The notes: generated by a model from the sequence alone, not told the origin. Numbered from the stretch's first letter, positions 17,002 to 25,847 are shown. The stretch is DNA of 37,595 nucleotides from Chloroflexota bacterium (GCA_039933275.1 JBDTOK010000002.1:1-37595); one strand, 5' to 3'. A program made the numbers and translations.

Positions 17002-18051
17002 TTAGAGCCCGTACAGCTCTGCGTACTTCTTATCCCGCTTCGCGATCATCTTCGCCGTGGCCACCATGACCTGCGCCTGCTTGAACGTGGCGTCGTCTTG
17101 CATGCGGCCGTCTAGCATCACTGTGCCGGTGCCGTCGCCCATCGCCTCGATGATGCGTGTCGCCATCTTTACTTCGTCCGCCGTCGGGCTGAACTCGCGG
17201 CGTGCAATCTCGATCTGGCTTGGGTGCAGCGTCCAGGCGCCGACGCAGCCCATCAGGAACGCCGCTCGGAACTGCACCTCGCACGCCTTCGGGTCTTCGA
17301 TCGCCCCGAACGGCCCGTAGAACGGCAGGATCCCGCTCGAATTGCAGGCGTCCACCATCCGCGCCATCGTGTAGTGCCACGGGTCCTGCTGCGCCGACAA
17401 TCGAGGCGTGTCCGGGTTGTTCGCGTCCGGATCTGATATCACCTGGTACGACGGATGCCCGCCGCCGACGCGCGTCGTCTTCATACGCCTCGATGCCGCT
17501 AAATCCGCCGGCCCGAGGCTAATCCCTTGCATTCGAGGGCTGGCCGCGCAAATCGCCTCCACATTCGAGACTCCGAGCGCCGTCTCCAGGATCGCGTGCA
17601 CCTGCAGCGACTTTTTGATCCCGTGCTGCGCTTCAAGTTGCGCCAGCAGCCGGTCGATGTAGTGGATGTCCCACGGCCCTTCGACCTTCGGCACCATCAC
17701 CACGTCCAGCTTGTTGCCGATCGCCGGGATCACCTCGAACAAGTCGTCTAGCACCCACGGGCTGTCCAGGCTGTTGATCCGAGTCCACAGCGACGTCTCC
17801 CCAAAGTCGTTCTTCTGCGCGACTTCGATCAGCCCAGCGCGGGCTGCATCCTTCTCCGTGGCCGGGATCGCGTCCTCCAGGTTGCCGAGCAGCACGTCGA
17901 CCTGCGGGATGATCTCCGGTATCTTCGCGCGCACTTTCTCCAGGTGGGGCGGGAAGAAGTGGATCATCCGATACGGCCGCGCCGGGATCTCATTGATCGG
18001 GGTAGGCGCGCCGACGGCCAGCGGCGTCAGAAATGCCCTCGGATTTCGCAT
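17002..18051 (-). CDS. mcl: Malyl-CoA/beta-methylmalyl-CoA/citramalyl-CoA lyase (Chloroflexus-type)
   Basis: [62 protein letters not shown] match the recalled Chloroflexus Mcl sequence closely. Confidence 0.88.
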   Translation of the reverse strand: MRNPRAFLTPLAVGAPTPINEIPARPYRMIHFFPPHLEKVRAKIPEIIPQVDVLLGNLEDAIPATEKDAARAGLIEVAQKNDFGETSLWTRINSLDSPWVLDDLFEVIPAIGNKLDVVMVPKVEGPWDIHYIDRLLAQLEAQHGIKKSLQVHAILETALGVSNVEAICAASPRMQGISLGPADLAASRRMKTTRVGGGHPSYQVISDPDANNPDTPRLSAQQDPWHYTMARMVDACNSSGILPFYGPFGAIEDPKACEVQFRAAFLMGCVGAWTLHPSQIEIARREFSPTADEVKMATRIIEAMGDGTGTVMLDGRMQDDATFKQAQVMVATAKMIAKRDKKYAELYGL

Positions 18052-18120
18052 AAGAACGAGTCGGAGTATATGAAGCCATATCTGAGAGGGTCAAGGAACG
18101 AGCGTGCTAGCATTGCCCCG

Positions 18121-18999
18121 ATGACCAACACGGGCCCTTTTCGCAGCGTTCTCTTCGTGCCCCTGACCGCACCCCGCTTCATCGAGAAGGCGGCCCAATC
18201 CGTCGCCGACGCCATCTGCCTCGACCTTGAGGACGCCGTCGCCCCCGATCAGAAGGACGCGGCCCGAGCCGCCGCCCCCGCCGCCATCGACACGCTGGCC
18301 GCCTCCGGGTGCGCCGTCTGGGTGCGCATCAACGCAATCGATTCCCGCCACTCCGAAGCTGACCTCGACGCCATCGTCCGGCCCGGCCTGAGCGCCGTCA
18401 TGCTCCCGAAAGCCGGGTCCGCCGCCGACATCGCCCGTCTCGAAGAAGCGCTCTCCCGCCTCGAAGGCGAGCCTGGGCTCGACGCCGCAAAGGCCGTAGC
18501 CATCGTCCCCCTGATCGAAACACCGCGCGGCATTCTCCACGCCGAGGGCGTTTGTGGCGCCTCCCCGCGCGTCATCGCAGCCGCTTTCGGCGCCGAAGAC
18601 TTCCGCGCCCAGATGCGAACGGGTGACTCCACCGCGGCTTTGGCCTACCCCCGCGCCCACCTCGCCGTCGTCTGCGCCGCCGCCGGCATCGAAGCCATCG
18701 ACACTATCGACACCCAGTACTCAGACCTCCCCGCGCTCGAAGCCGGTATGCGCCAGGTACGCGCCCTCGGCTTCGGCGGCAAGCTGTGCATCCACCCAGC
18801 GCAGGTGCCCATCGCCAACGAAGTCTTCCGCCCTGGCGAGGCGGAGCTGGCCGAGGCCCGGGCAATAGTCACCGCTTTCGAGCGAGATGGCCTCGCGAAG
18901 GGGCGCGCGGCCATACCGCTGGGGGGTAAAATGATCGACACGCCGATCTACTGGCGGGCCAAGCGCCTGCTAGAGGCGGCGGAGCGAACGGAGAAGTGA
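18121..18999 (+). CDS. CitE/HpcH-family CoA ester lyase (possible malyl-CoA thioesterase)
   Basis: RSVLFVP, DLEDAV, VRIN, IETP.G, FGAED, GKLCIHP.Q, GKMID.P. Confidence 0.88.
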   Translation: MTNTGPFRSVLFVPLTAPRFIEKAAQSVADAICLDLEDAVAPDQKDAARAAAPAAIDTLAASGCAVWVRINAIDSRHSEADLDAIVRPGLSAVMLPKAGSAADIARLEEALSRLEGEPGLDAAKAVAIVPLIETPRGILHAEGVCGASPRVIAAAFGAEDFRAQMRTGDSTAALAYPRAHLAVVCAAAGIEAIDTIDTQYSDLPALEAGMRQVRALGFGGKLCIHPAQVPIANEVFRPGEAELAEARAIVTAFERDGLAKGRAAIPLGGKMIDTPIYWRAKRLLEAAERTEK

Positions 19000-19196
19000 A
19001 GTACCGAGATGCCATTCAAGATTGTCGAACGGGACGGCTGGTTCGTGACTACCCAGAAGGGCAGCCACCGCCAGTTCAAACATCCCGTCAAACAAGGCAA
19101 GGTCACGATAGCGGCCATCCGAGCAAAGATGTGCCGCCAATGACATTGAACAGCATCATGCGTCAGGCTCAGATCCGGCTCCGAGACCAAGAGTGA
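18996..19196 (+). pseudogene. hicA: HicA mRNA interferase toxin disrupted by compensating +1/-1 frameshifts
   Basis: Frame A gives MKYRDAI. A shifted frame from 19018 gives KIVERDGWFVTTQKGSHRQFKHPVKQGKVTIA. Frame A from 19113 gives GHPSKDVPPMTLNSIMRQA. Directly upstream of hicB. Confidence 0.85.
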
Positions 19197-19477
19197 CGAA
19201 ATACTTAGTAATCCTCGAAAAGGCCGAAGGAAACTGGGGTACGTTCGTTCCGGATCTGCCCGGCTGCGTAGCTCTCGGTGACACGGTCGAAGAAACGATG
19301 GAACTCATGCGCGGTGCAATTGACATGCACTTGGGCGCCATGGTCGAAGACGGTGACCCTATACCTGAGCCCACCACATTAGTCGACTATGTCGATGTAG
19401 ACGTTCCCGCCAAGAAGAATGCTGACTCCAAGCGTCCACGTACCCGCAAGAAAGTCGCGGCCAGGCCAAATGACTAA
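19193..19477 (+). CDS. hicB: HicB family antitoxin
   Basis: YLVILEK...FVPDLPGCVALGDTVEE...AI..HL..M.EDG.PIPEP. Confidence 0.93.
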   Translation: MTKYLVILEKAEGNWGTFVPDLPGCVALGDTVEETMELMRGAIDMHLGAMVEDGDPIPEPTTLVDYVDVDVPAKKNADSKRPRTRKKVAARPND

Positions 19478-21185
19478 CACCAACGGCAGCTCACACAACG
19501 GCGACGACAACCACATCGCCGATGAGAAGAAGCGCTGGCTCGCTGGCGCCTACGCCAGGTCCGTCGAGAACGGCGGCGAGCGCAAGGACACCGACTTCCG
19601 GACCAGTTCCACGGACGCCGAGCCCCTCTACACTCCGGCGGACGTCCACTCTGACTACGAGACTGACATCGGTTTCCCCGGCGAGTATCCGTTCACGCGC
19701 GGTGTCCAGCCCAACATGTACCGCGGCCGCCTCTGGTCGATCCGCCAGTACGCTGGCTACGGCACGCCCGAAGAGACGAACGCGCGCTTCAAGTTCCTGC
19801 TGAACGAAGGCCAGCCCGGCCTCTCCGTCGCCTTCGATCTGCCGACGCAGCTCGGCTACGACTCCGACGACCCCCTCGCTGAGGGCGAAGTCGGCAAGGT
19901 CGGCGTCGCCATCGACACGCTAGCCGACATGGAGACGATGTTCGAGGGCATCCCCCTGGATCGCGTGAGCACCTCGATGACGATCAACGCTCCTGCCGCC
20001 GTCCTAGTCGCGATGTACGCTGTCGTCGGCCAGAAGCAGGGCGTCCCGCAGGACCGCATCTCTGGCACCGCCCAGAACGACGTCCTCAAGGAGTACGTCG
20101 CGCGCGGCACTTACATCTACCCTCCGAAGCCCTCGCTTCGGCTCGCCGCTGACCTCATGTCGTACTGCGCCCGCGAACTGCCTCGCTTCAACGCGATCAG
20201 CATCAGCGGCTACCATATGCGCGACGCTGGTTGCACCGCCGTCCAGGAGATCGCCTTCACCTTCGCCAACGCTGTGGCCTACGTCGAAGCGGCCATCGAG
20301 CGAGGCGTCAGCGCCGATGACATCGGCCCGCGGATCAGCTGGATCTTCAACACACAGAACAACTTCCTAGAAGAGATCGCAAAATACCGCGCCCTCCGCC
20401 GGATGTGGGCGCGCATTATGGCGGAGCGCTTCGAAGCCAAGGACACGCGCTCGATGATGCTGCGCACGCACGTTCAGACGGGCGGCGCCACCCTCACCGC
20501 CCAGCAGCCGGAGGTGAACATCATCCGCGCGTCGCTGCAGGCGCTTGCCACCGTCATCGGCGGCGTGCAGTCACTCGCGCTCTCTTGCTACGACGAAGCC
20601 CTCGCCCTCCCGACGGAGCAGGCCCAGCGCATCGCCGTCCGCACGCAGCAGGTCATCGCTTACGAGAGCGGCATCGCGGACACGGTCGACCCGTTCGCCG
20701 GGTCTTACTACATCGAGAACCTGACGGATGAGCTTGAGCAGAAGGCTCAGGAGTACCTCAACAAGATCGAGGATATGGGCGGCGCCATCCAGGCGATCGA
20801 GTCCGGCTACGTCCAGCGTGAGATCCAGGAAGCGTCCTACGCCTACCAGAAGTCCGTCGACGAAGGGCGCAAGGTCATCGTCGGCGTCAACAAGTTCGTG
20901 AACGAAGGCGAAGACCCGCAGCCCATCTTCCGCACCGACCCAAAGTCCGAGAAGGCCCAGATCGAACGCCTCACCACCGCCCGCGGCCACCGCGATGACG
21001 CCGCCGTCGCGGCAGCGCTCGCCAACCTTACCGCCGCCTGCAGCAACGGCGACGGCACGTCCGGCGGGGCGGAGAACCTGATGTACCCTATCGTCGAAGC
21101 AGTGAAGACGTACGCTTCAGTGGGCGAGATCTGCGGCGCCATGCGCGGCGTTTTCGGCGAGTACACCGCCGCCACGGCCGTCTAA
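19470..21185 (+). CDS. Methylmalonyl-CoA mutase family, catalytic subunit without a B12-binding domain
   Basis: PGEYPFTRG, RQYAG, GLSVAFDLPTQ, QNDVLKEY.ARG, ISGYH. No DxHxxG motif. Confidence 0.92.
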   Translation: MTNTNGSSHNGDDNHIADEKKRWLAGAYARSVENGGERKDTDFRTSSTDAEPLYTPADVHSDYETDIGFPGEYPFTRGVQPNMYRGRLWSIRQYAGYGTPEETNARFKFLLNEGQPGLSVAFDLPTQLGYDSDDPLAEGEVGKVGVAIDTLADMETMFEGIPLDRVSTSMTINAPAAVLVAMYAVVGQKQGVPQDRISGTAQNDVLKEYVARGTYIYPPKPSLRLAADLMSYCARELPRFNAISISGYHMRDAGCTAVQEIAFTFANAVAYVEAAIERGVSADDIGPRISWIFNTQNNFLEEIAKYRALRRMWARIMAERFEAKDTRSMMLRTHVQTGGATLTAQQPEVNIIRASLQALATVIGGVQSLALSCYDEALALPTEQAQRIAVRTQQVIAYESGIADTVDPFAGSYYIENLTDELEQKAQEYLNKIEDMGGAIQAIESGYVQREIQEASYAYQKSVDEGRKVIVGVNKFVNEGEDPQPIFRTDPKSEKAQIERLTTARGHRDDAAVAAALANLTAACSNGDGTSGGAENLMYPIVEAVKTYASVGEICGAMRGVFGEYTAATAV

Positions 21186-21212
21186 CCTAACCCCGATTTA
21201 ATCCGTAGTCCG

Positions 21213-21242
21213 TTGACGTAGCCGGCGCTCACTCGCGAGAAT
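21213..21242 (+). promoter_or_regulatory. Sigma70-type promoter for a probably leaderless S8 peptidase mRNA
   Basis: TTGACG (21213-21218), 18-nt spacer, GAGAAT (21237-21242), GTG start 6 nt later. Confidence 0.55.
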
Positions 21243-21248
21243 CATCTC

Positions 21249-23960
21249 GTGCCCATCGCCGTTCGCCGTGTCGTCTCACTCGTTGCCTTGCTGGCCTTCA
21301 CGCTGCTCGTCGCCTACGGCTCCGGCTCCGTCGCCTCATCTGCGACCGTCGTCCAGGGTGACGCCGACTGCTCCGGCACAGTCGCGGCACCAGACGCGCT
21401 TGGCATCCTCGGTAACGCCAGCGCGGGCCGGCCCCTCGGTTGCGCCGACTCCGCGGACACCAACTGCGACAACCACGTTGATGCCCGTGACGCACTCAAC
21501 GTCCTGCTCTACGTGAGCGGCGCGTCGCCCAACCTACCGGAATACTGCACCGCGATGGCCGACGCTCTGCCGCTAACGCAGATCGCCATCGACACGAGCC
21601 TCCACCCAGACCCGGCGACGATAGACGCGCTGGATGGCGGTCCGCCAAACACCGTTCACGAGATCGTCGACCCCAGTGGCGTGACCACTCTCTTCGCTGA
21701 CCAGGAGATGATCTACAAGCCGGACAACGACCAGGACCTGCAACAGTTCCTCGCGGCAACTCACGGCACCGTCGTCCGCGACGGCACGTTCCAGCTTCCG
21801 GCCGAGGCGGGGATCGCTTCCAGCAACAGCATCAACGACGGCTACTACCTGATCGCCGTCGATCCGGACCAGGGCGGCCTCGGCGATCTTGCTGGCCACA
21901 TCTCGGATGCTGGGATAACCGGCAAGGTCGTGCTCGACAGCGTCGGCGCGGCCACCTTGCTCGACATTGCCACTGGCACGCCCGGCGAAAGGGCCCAACT
22001 CAGCGCCGTCGGCAACATGAACGCCACTGAAGACCAGCAAACCGGGGACTCGCCCGTCAATTTCTTCGACATCGGGAGCACTTTCCAGTACTCAGGCGAT
22101 CCGCCGCTGGACATCAACGTCGTCGGCGCCTGGAGCTACATGCGCTACCAACAGGCCATCCTCGCGGAGGACGCGATCCCGTTTCAGGCCACCCGCGTCG
22201 CCATCATCGACACTGGCTTCGCCCTCGACACCTCTACCGGCCTCCCCCTGGGCGGCAACCTCGATTTCTTCCCGCAAGGCCTGCGCCCCAGCCAATACGA
22301 CGCCCAGGACGAGGACTACACCGCGGGCGGCGAGGCTACTGCCAGCTGCGGCGACCCGGCCGGTTGTCCCTGGCACGGCATACAGGCGGCCAGCGCTTGT
22401 TGCGCCATCGTCGATAACCATTACGGTAGCGGTGGGACCGCTAACAACTACGTCGTCCCAATCATGATCAAGATCGATGGCCACGTCTCAGTCTGGGCCG
22501 ACGCCATCCGCGCCGCTGAGCTCTTGGAGGCGGACGTGATGTCGATGAGCTTTTCCTATAGCTGCGACCACTTCTGCGGCTGGTTCGACGGGGATATCGG
22601 TGACGCCGTCGATCACGCCGGACACGCTGGCCGCATCCAGGTCGCCGCCGCCGGGAACGACGGCGTCGACATCGGCGGGGATGACCACTTCCGTCCGTGT
22701 GAGTTCGTGAAGACGATCTGCGTCGGCGGTATGAACGCTGGCAAGACCAACCTGCGCAACTTCGGCTCACCCGTCGACATTTGGGCGCCCGAAGACCTGA
22801 CCACGACCGTCACGCCCGTCTCCAGCGCGAAGGACGACAACAACATTGGAAGCGATGAGTTGACGCACTTCAACGGCACCAGCGCCGCCACGCCATTTGT
22901 CGCCGGTATCGTCGCGATGATGAAGTCGCTGAACCCGGACCTAACCTACGTCGACGTGCTCCGGATTCTCGGAGACACCGCGCTCCCTGCCACCGACCCC
23001 AAGATCTCGAAGGGCTACATCAACGCGATGGCCGCTGTGCAAGCCGCGAAGCCCAACCTTCCGCCCGTCATCACTAACGTTCGCGCCCCCCAGTCGAAGG
23101 AAACGTACGGCTACGCCGGCATAGACTTCCGCGTCGACGTCTACGATCCGGAGCCCGGCTCCCTCGATCCCGAGTTCAACAACGGCATGTTCGCCACCTT
23201 CGAGTTCAACGGTCAGACGATCTGCTCCAGCAGCCAGCTCACCTATCGAGATGGCATCCCCGGATTCGACTGCTTCCCGAGCAATGTCACCCCTGGCACC
23301 GGCGACGTGATCATTACGGTCACTGATTACTTTGGCGCGGTTGATATGGCCCGCATCAACGAAGTGCACATCGTCAATCATCCGCCAATCGTCGATATCA
23401 TCGAACCCGAAGACGGCGAGACCCATTACTCCAACGAGTCGCTCAGGTTCAGCGCCTACGTCTTCGACGCCGAGGAGACGATCCCCTTCCCGCAGGACCA
23501 GATCGTCTGGAGCTCCAACATCGACGGCGTCATCGGCACCGGCGACACGATCAACTCGGCTCTTTCGCAGGGCGAGAACACGGTCACTATCACCGCGACT
23601 GACTCCAAGGGCACCTCCACGTCGCAGTCGATCACGCTACACATCCAGTCGGGCGCGGGCGTCCCAACGGTTGGTATCGACAACCCGCATGAGGGCGACA
23701 GCTTCGGCGGCGGCCAGCAGATCACCTTCCAGGGCCACGGCTTCGATACAGAAGACGGCACGCTAAGCGGCAACAGCCTCCAGTGGTACGACAACATCGA
23801 CGGCTATCTCGGTAGCGGCACGCAGATCACGGCCGTCCTCAGCGGCAACCCCACCTGCAACAATCCCTACTGGCCGCATACGATCACCCTCCACGCCATC
23901 GACTCCGACAACCACAACGTGACCGCCCACGTCCACATCTCCCTCTCGATCATCTGCTAG
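21249..23960 (+). CDS. Secreted S8 (subtilase) serine peptidase with N-terminal dockerin-like module and C-terminal Ig-like repeats
   Basis: Signal peptide; VAIIDTG, WHG, AAGND, GTSAATPFVAG catalytic motifs; two P-x-G...W-x-x-N-I-D-G-x-x-G-x-G beta-sandwich repeats. Confidence 0.9.
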   Translation: MPIAVRRVVSLVALLAFTLLVAYGSGSVASSATVVQGDADCSGTVAAPDALGILGNASAGRPLGCADSADTNCDNHVDARDALNVLLYVSGASPNLPEYCTAMADALPLTQIAIDTSLHPDPATIDALDGGPPNTVHEIVDPSGVTTLFADQEMIYKPDNDQDLQQFLAATHGTVVRDGTFQLPAEAGIASSNSINDGYYLIAVDPDQGGLGDLAGHISDAGITGKVVLDSVGAATLLDIATGTPGERAQLSAVGNMNATEDQQTGDSPVNFFDIGSTFQYSGDPPLDINVVGAWSYMRYQQAILAEDAIPFQATRVAIIDTGFALDTSTGLPLGGNLDFFPQGLRPSQYDAQDEDYTAGGEATASCGDPAGCPWHGIQAASACCAIVDNHYGSGGTANNYVVPIMIKIDGHVSVWADAIRAAELLEADVMSMSFSYSCDHFCGWFDGDIGDAVDHAGHAGRIQVAAAGNDGVDIGGDDHFRPCEFVKTICVGGMNAGKTNLRNFGSPVDIWAPEDLTTTVTPVSSAKDDNNIGSDELTHFNGTSAATPFVAGIVAMMKSLNPDLTYVDVLRILGDTALPATDPKISKGYINAMAAVQAAKPNLPPVITNVRAPQSKETYGYAGIDFRVDVYDPEPGSLDPEFNNGMFATFEFNGQTICSSSQLTYRDGIPGFDCFPSNVTPGTGDVIITVTDYFGAVDMARINEVHIVNHPPIVDIIEPEDGETHYSNESLRFSAYVFDAEETIPFPQDQIVWSSNIDGVIGTGDTINSALSQGENTVTITATDSKGTSTSQSITLHIQSGAGVPTVGIDNPHEGDSFGGGQQITFQGHGFDTEDGTLSGNSLQWYDNIDGYLGSGTQITAVLSGNPTCNNPYWPHTITLHAIDSDNHNVTAHVHISLSIIC

Positions 23961-24044
23961 AGGCGGTTCCGCTTCGCCGTCCGGGCGTGGTATAAAGCAC
24001 AAGCCTTAGCAGACGCTAGGTAAACCGCTCGGGGGAGGAAGCTC

Positions 24045-24791
24045 TTGACCAGCCTTAAAGATAAAGTAGCCATCGTCACTGGAAGCTCGCGTGGGCTTGG
24101 AAACGCCATCGCCAGGGACTTCGCGGAGCACGGCGCTTCCGTGGTCCTCAACTACTACCAGAGCAAGGAGCCCGCAGACGCGCTCGCCAAGGAGATTCGC
24201 GATAAGGGAGGCAACTGCATCGTCGTCGGGGCCGGCGTCGCCCACCCTGACGAGTGCGCTCAGCTCATCGAAGCTGCCGTCAAAGAGTACGGCGGGCTCG
24301 ACATCCTCGTGAACAACGCAGGCGTCAACCGTGACCGCACTATCCGCCGCATGACCGTCGAAGAGTGGCGCGAAGTCATCGCCACTGACCTCGATTCTGT
24401 CTTCTACTGCACCTACGCCGCTGTTCCCCACATGATCGAGCGGGGCGCCGGCCGCATCGTGAACATGGCCTCGATCGTCGGGCAGATGGGCAACCCGGGC
24501 CAGTCGAACTACGCCGCCGCCAAGGCTGGCATTGTCGGCTTCAGCAAGTCCGCCGCCCAGGAGCTCGCCCGCTACAACATCACCGTCAACGCCCTCTGCC
24601 CAGGCTTTATCGAAACGGACATGGTTACGAACCTCACCGACGACGTGAAGGCCGCGCTGATCGCCAAGATCCCGCTCGGCCGCTTCGGCAAGCCGGAGGA
24701 GGTCGCCCAGATCACGCGCTTCCTCTGCACAGACGGTGGCTACATCACCGGCGCGCAGATCAACATCAACGGCGGGATGTACATGCAGTAG
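24045..24791 (+). CDS. phaB: Acetoacetyl-CoA reductase / 3-oxoacyl reductase (PhaB/FabG-type SDR)
   Basis: TGSSRGLG, NNAGVNRDR, GQSNYAAAK, CPGFIETDM, ININGGMYM resemble Bacillus-type PhaB. TTG start with GGAGG RBS. Confidence 0.75.
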   Translation: MTSLKDKVAIVTGSSRGLGNAIARDFAEHGASVVLNYYQSKEPADALAKEIRDKGGNCIVVGAGVAHPDECAQLIEAAVKEYGGLDILVNNAGVNRDRTIRRMTVEEWREVIATDLDSVFYCTYAAVPHMIERGAGRIVNMASIVGQMGNPGQSNYAAAKAGIVGFSKSAAQELARYNITVNALCPGFIETDMVTNLTDDVKAALIAKIPLGRFGKPEEVAQITRFLCTDGGYITGAQININGGMYMQ

Positions 24792-24827
24792 AGCCCGGCT
24801 TCGGGCGTCCACTATAATCGCTGTGTA

Positions 24828-25325
24828 ATGTCTCGCAACGAAGTCGAAGTCCTTGTCGAACTGCTGGACAGCGCCTTCCAGCGCCCGATCCCGGACAACT
24901 GGTCGGATGGCTGGCACTCGTTGCTCTCCAACCTCCGCAGCGTCCGTGAAGAAGACTGGGATTGGCTCCCAGCGGACGGCGTTCGGACGATCCGCGACCT
25001 CGCGAGTCACTGCGGCCGCACCATGCGCGTCTACGCCTATTACGGCTTCGATGCGCCGGAAATGCACTGGGGCGAGGAAAATCCACCCGCCGCAATCCGC
25101 GCAACGAAGGAGCTCCTCACACCCTGGCTTGTCGAAAGTTACGAGACGCTTCGCGACACCGTCGCTAAGTTCAACGACGACCAGCTCGATGACCCGCGCG
25201 AGACCTGGGATGAGGGCGACTTCCGCCCCCGCCGCTGGTTCGTCACCACCATGATCGACCACCTCCTCTACCACGCCGGCGAAATCAACCACATCCGCGC
25301 ACTCGCCCAGAAGAACGACGAGTAA
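24828..25325 (+). CDS. DinB family protein (copy 1)
   Basis: RTIRDLASH...MIDHLLYHAGEIN three-His pattern. Confidence 0.88.
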   Translation: MSRNEVEVLVELLDSAFQRPIPDNWSDGWHSLLSNLRSVREEDWDWLPADGVRTIRDLASHCGRTMRVYAYYGFDAPEMHWGEENPPAAIRATKELLTPWLVESYETLRDTVAKFNDDQLDDPRETWDEGDFRPRRWFVTTMIDHLLYHAGEINHIRALAQKNDE

Positions 25326-25346
25326 GCGAAGCGCTATCCTGAACGC

Positions 25347-25847
25347 ATGACCCGCGCCGGCGTCGACCAGCTCCTCTACATGCTCGATCGCGCCTTCGCG
25401 CCGATCGACGATGACGTCGAGCACTCGCTGCTCCACAACCTGGAAGCTGTGACCGAGGACGACTTCCTTCGCGCTGCGCCAAACGGTAACCGGACGATCG
25501 TCCAGATCACCTGGCACGCCGCCGCCGCCAAGCTCATGTATGCCAACCACTGCTTCGGCGACGGCACGCTCACCTGGGACGAGCTCTTCAACCACTGGGA
25601 GGGCAAGCCTTCAAAGACCGAGATGATTGACTGGCTGCGCGAAGCCCATGCCGAATTCCGCGGCCTCATCGAACCGCTGGATGACGGCGCCCTAACTGTC
25701 GAGCGCAAAGCTCCCTGGGGCGCGATGCACGAGACCCGCTGGATCGTCGCCCAGATCATCGAGCACGACGTCTACCACGCCGGCGAGATCAACCTGATCC
25801 GCGCCCTGCTCCAAGACACCGACTCCAGGCCCACCTTCGATGAGTGA
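25347..25847 (+). CDS. DinB family protein (copy 2)
   Basis: RTIVQITWH...IIEHDVYHAGEIN. Confidence 0.88.
   Translation: MTRAGVDQLLYMLDRAFAPIDDDVEHSLLHNLEAVTEDDFLRAAPNGNRTIVQITWHAAAAKLMYANHCFGDGTLTWDELFNHWEGKPSKTEMIDWLREAHAEFRGLIEPLDDGALTVERKAPWGAMHETRWIVAQIIEHDVYHAGEINLIRALLQDTDSRPTFDE

Noticed and set aside
9474-18051. Complete autotrophic 3-hydroxypropionate bicycle or reverse TCA cycle
   Set aside because: Only mch, mcl and a Ccs-like ligase are visible; mcr, pcs, mct, meh, smtAB and citryl-CoA lyase are not in the window.
18996-19196. Programmed ribosomal frameshifting to produce HicA
   Set aside because: It would need two opposite shifts in 100 nt, and no slippery heptamer or homopolymer run is present at either site.
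24006-25595. 529-aa minus-strand ORF
   Set aside because: Antisense shadow of phaB and the two DinB genes, which have clear motifs; typical of high-GC DNA.
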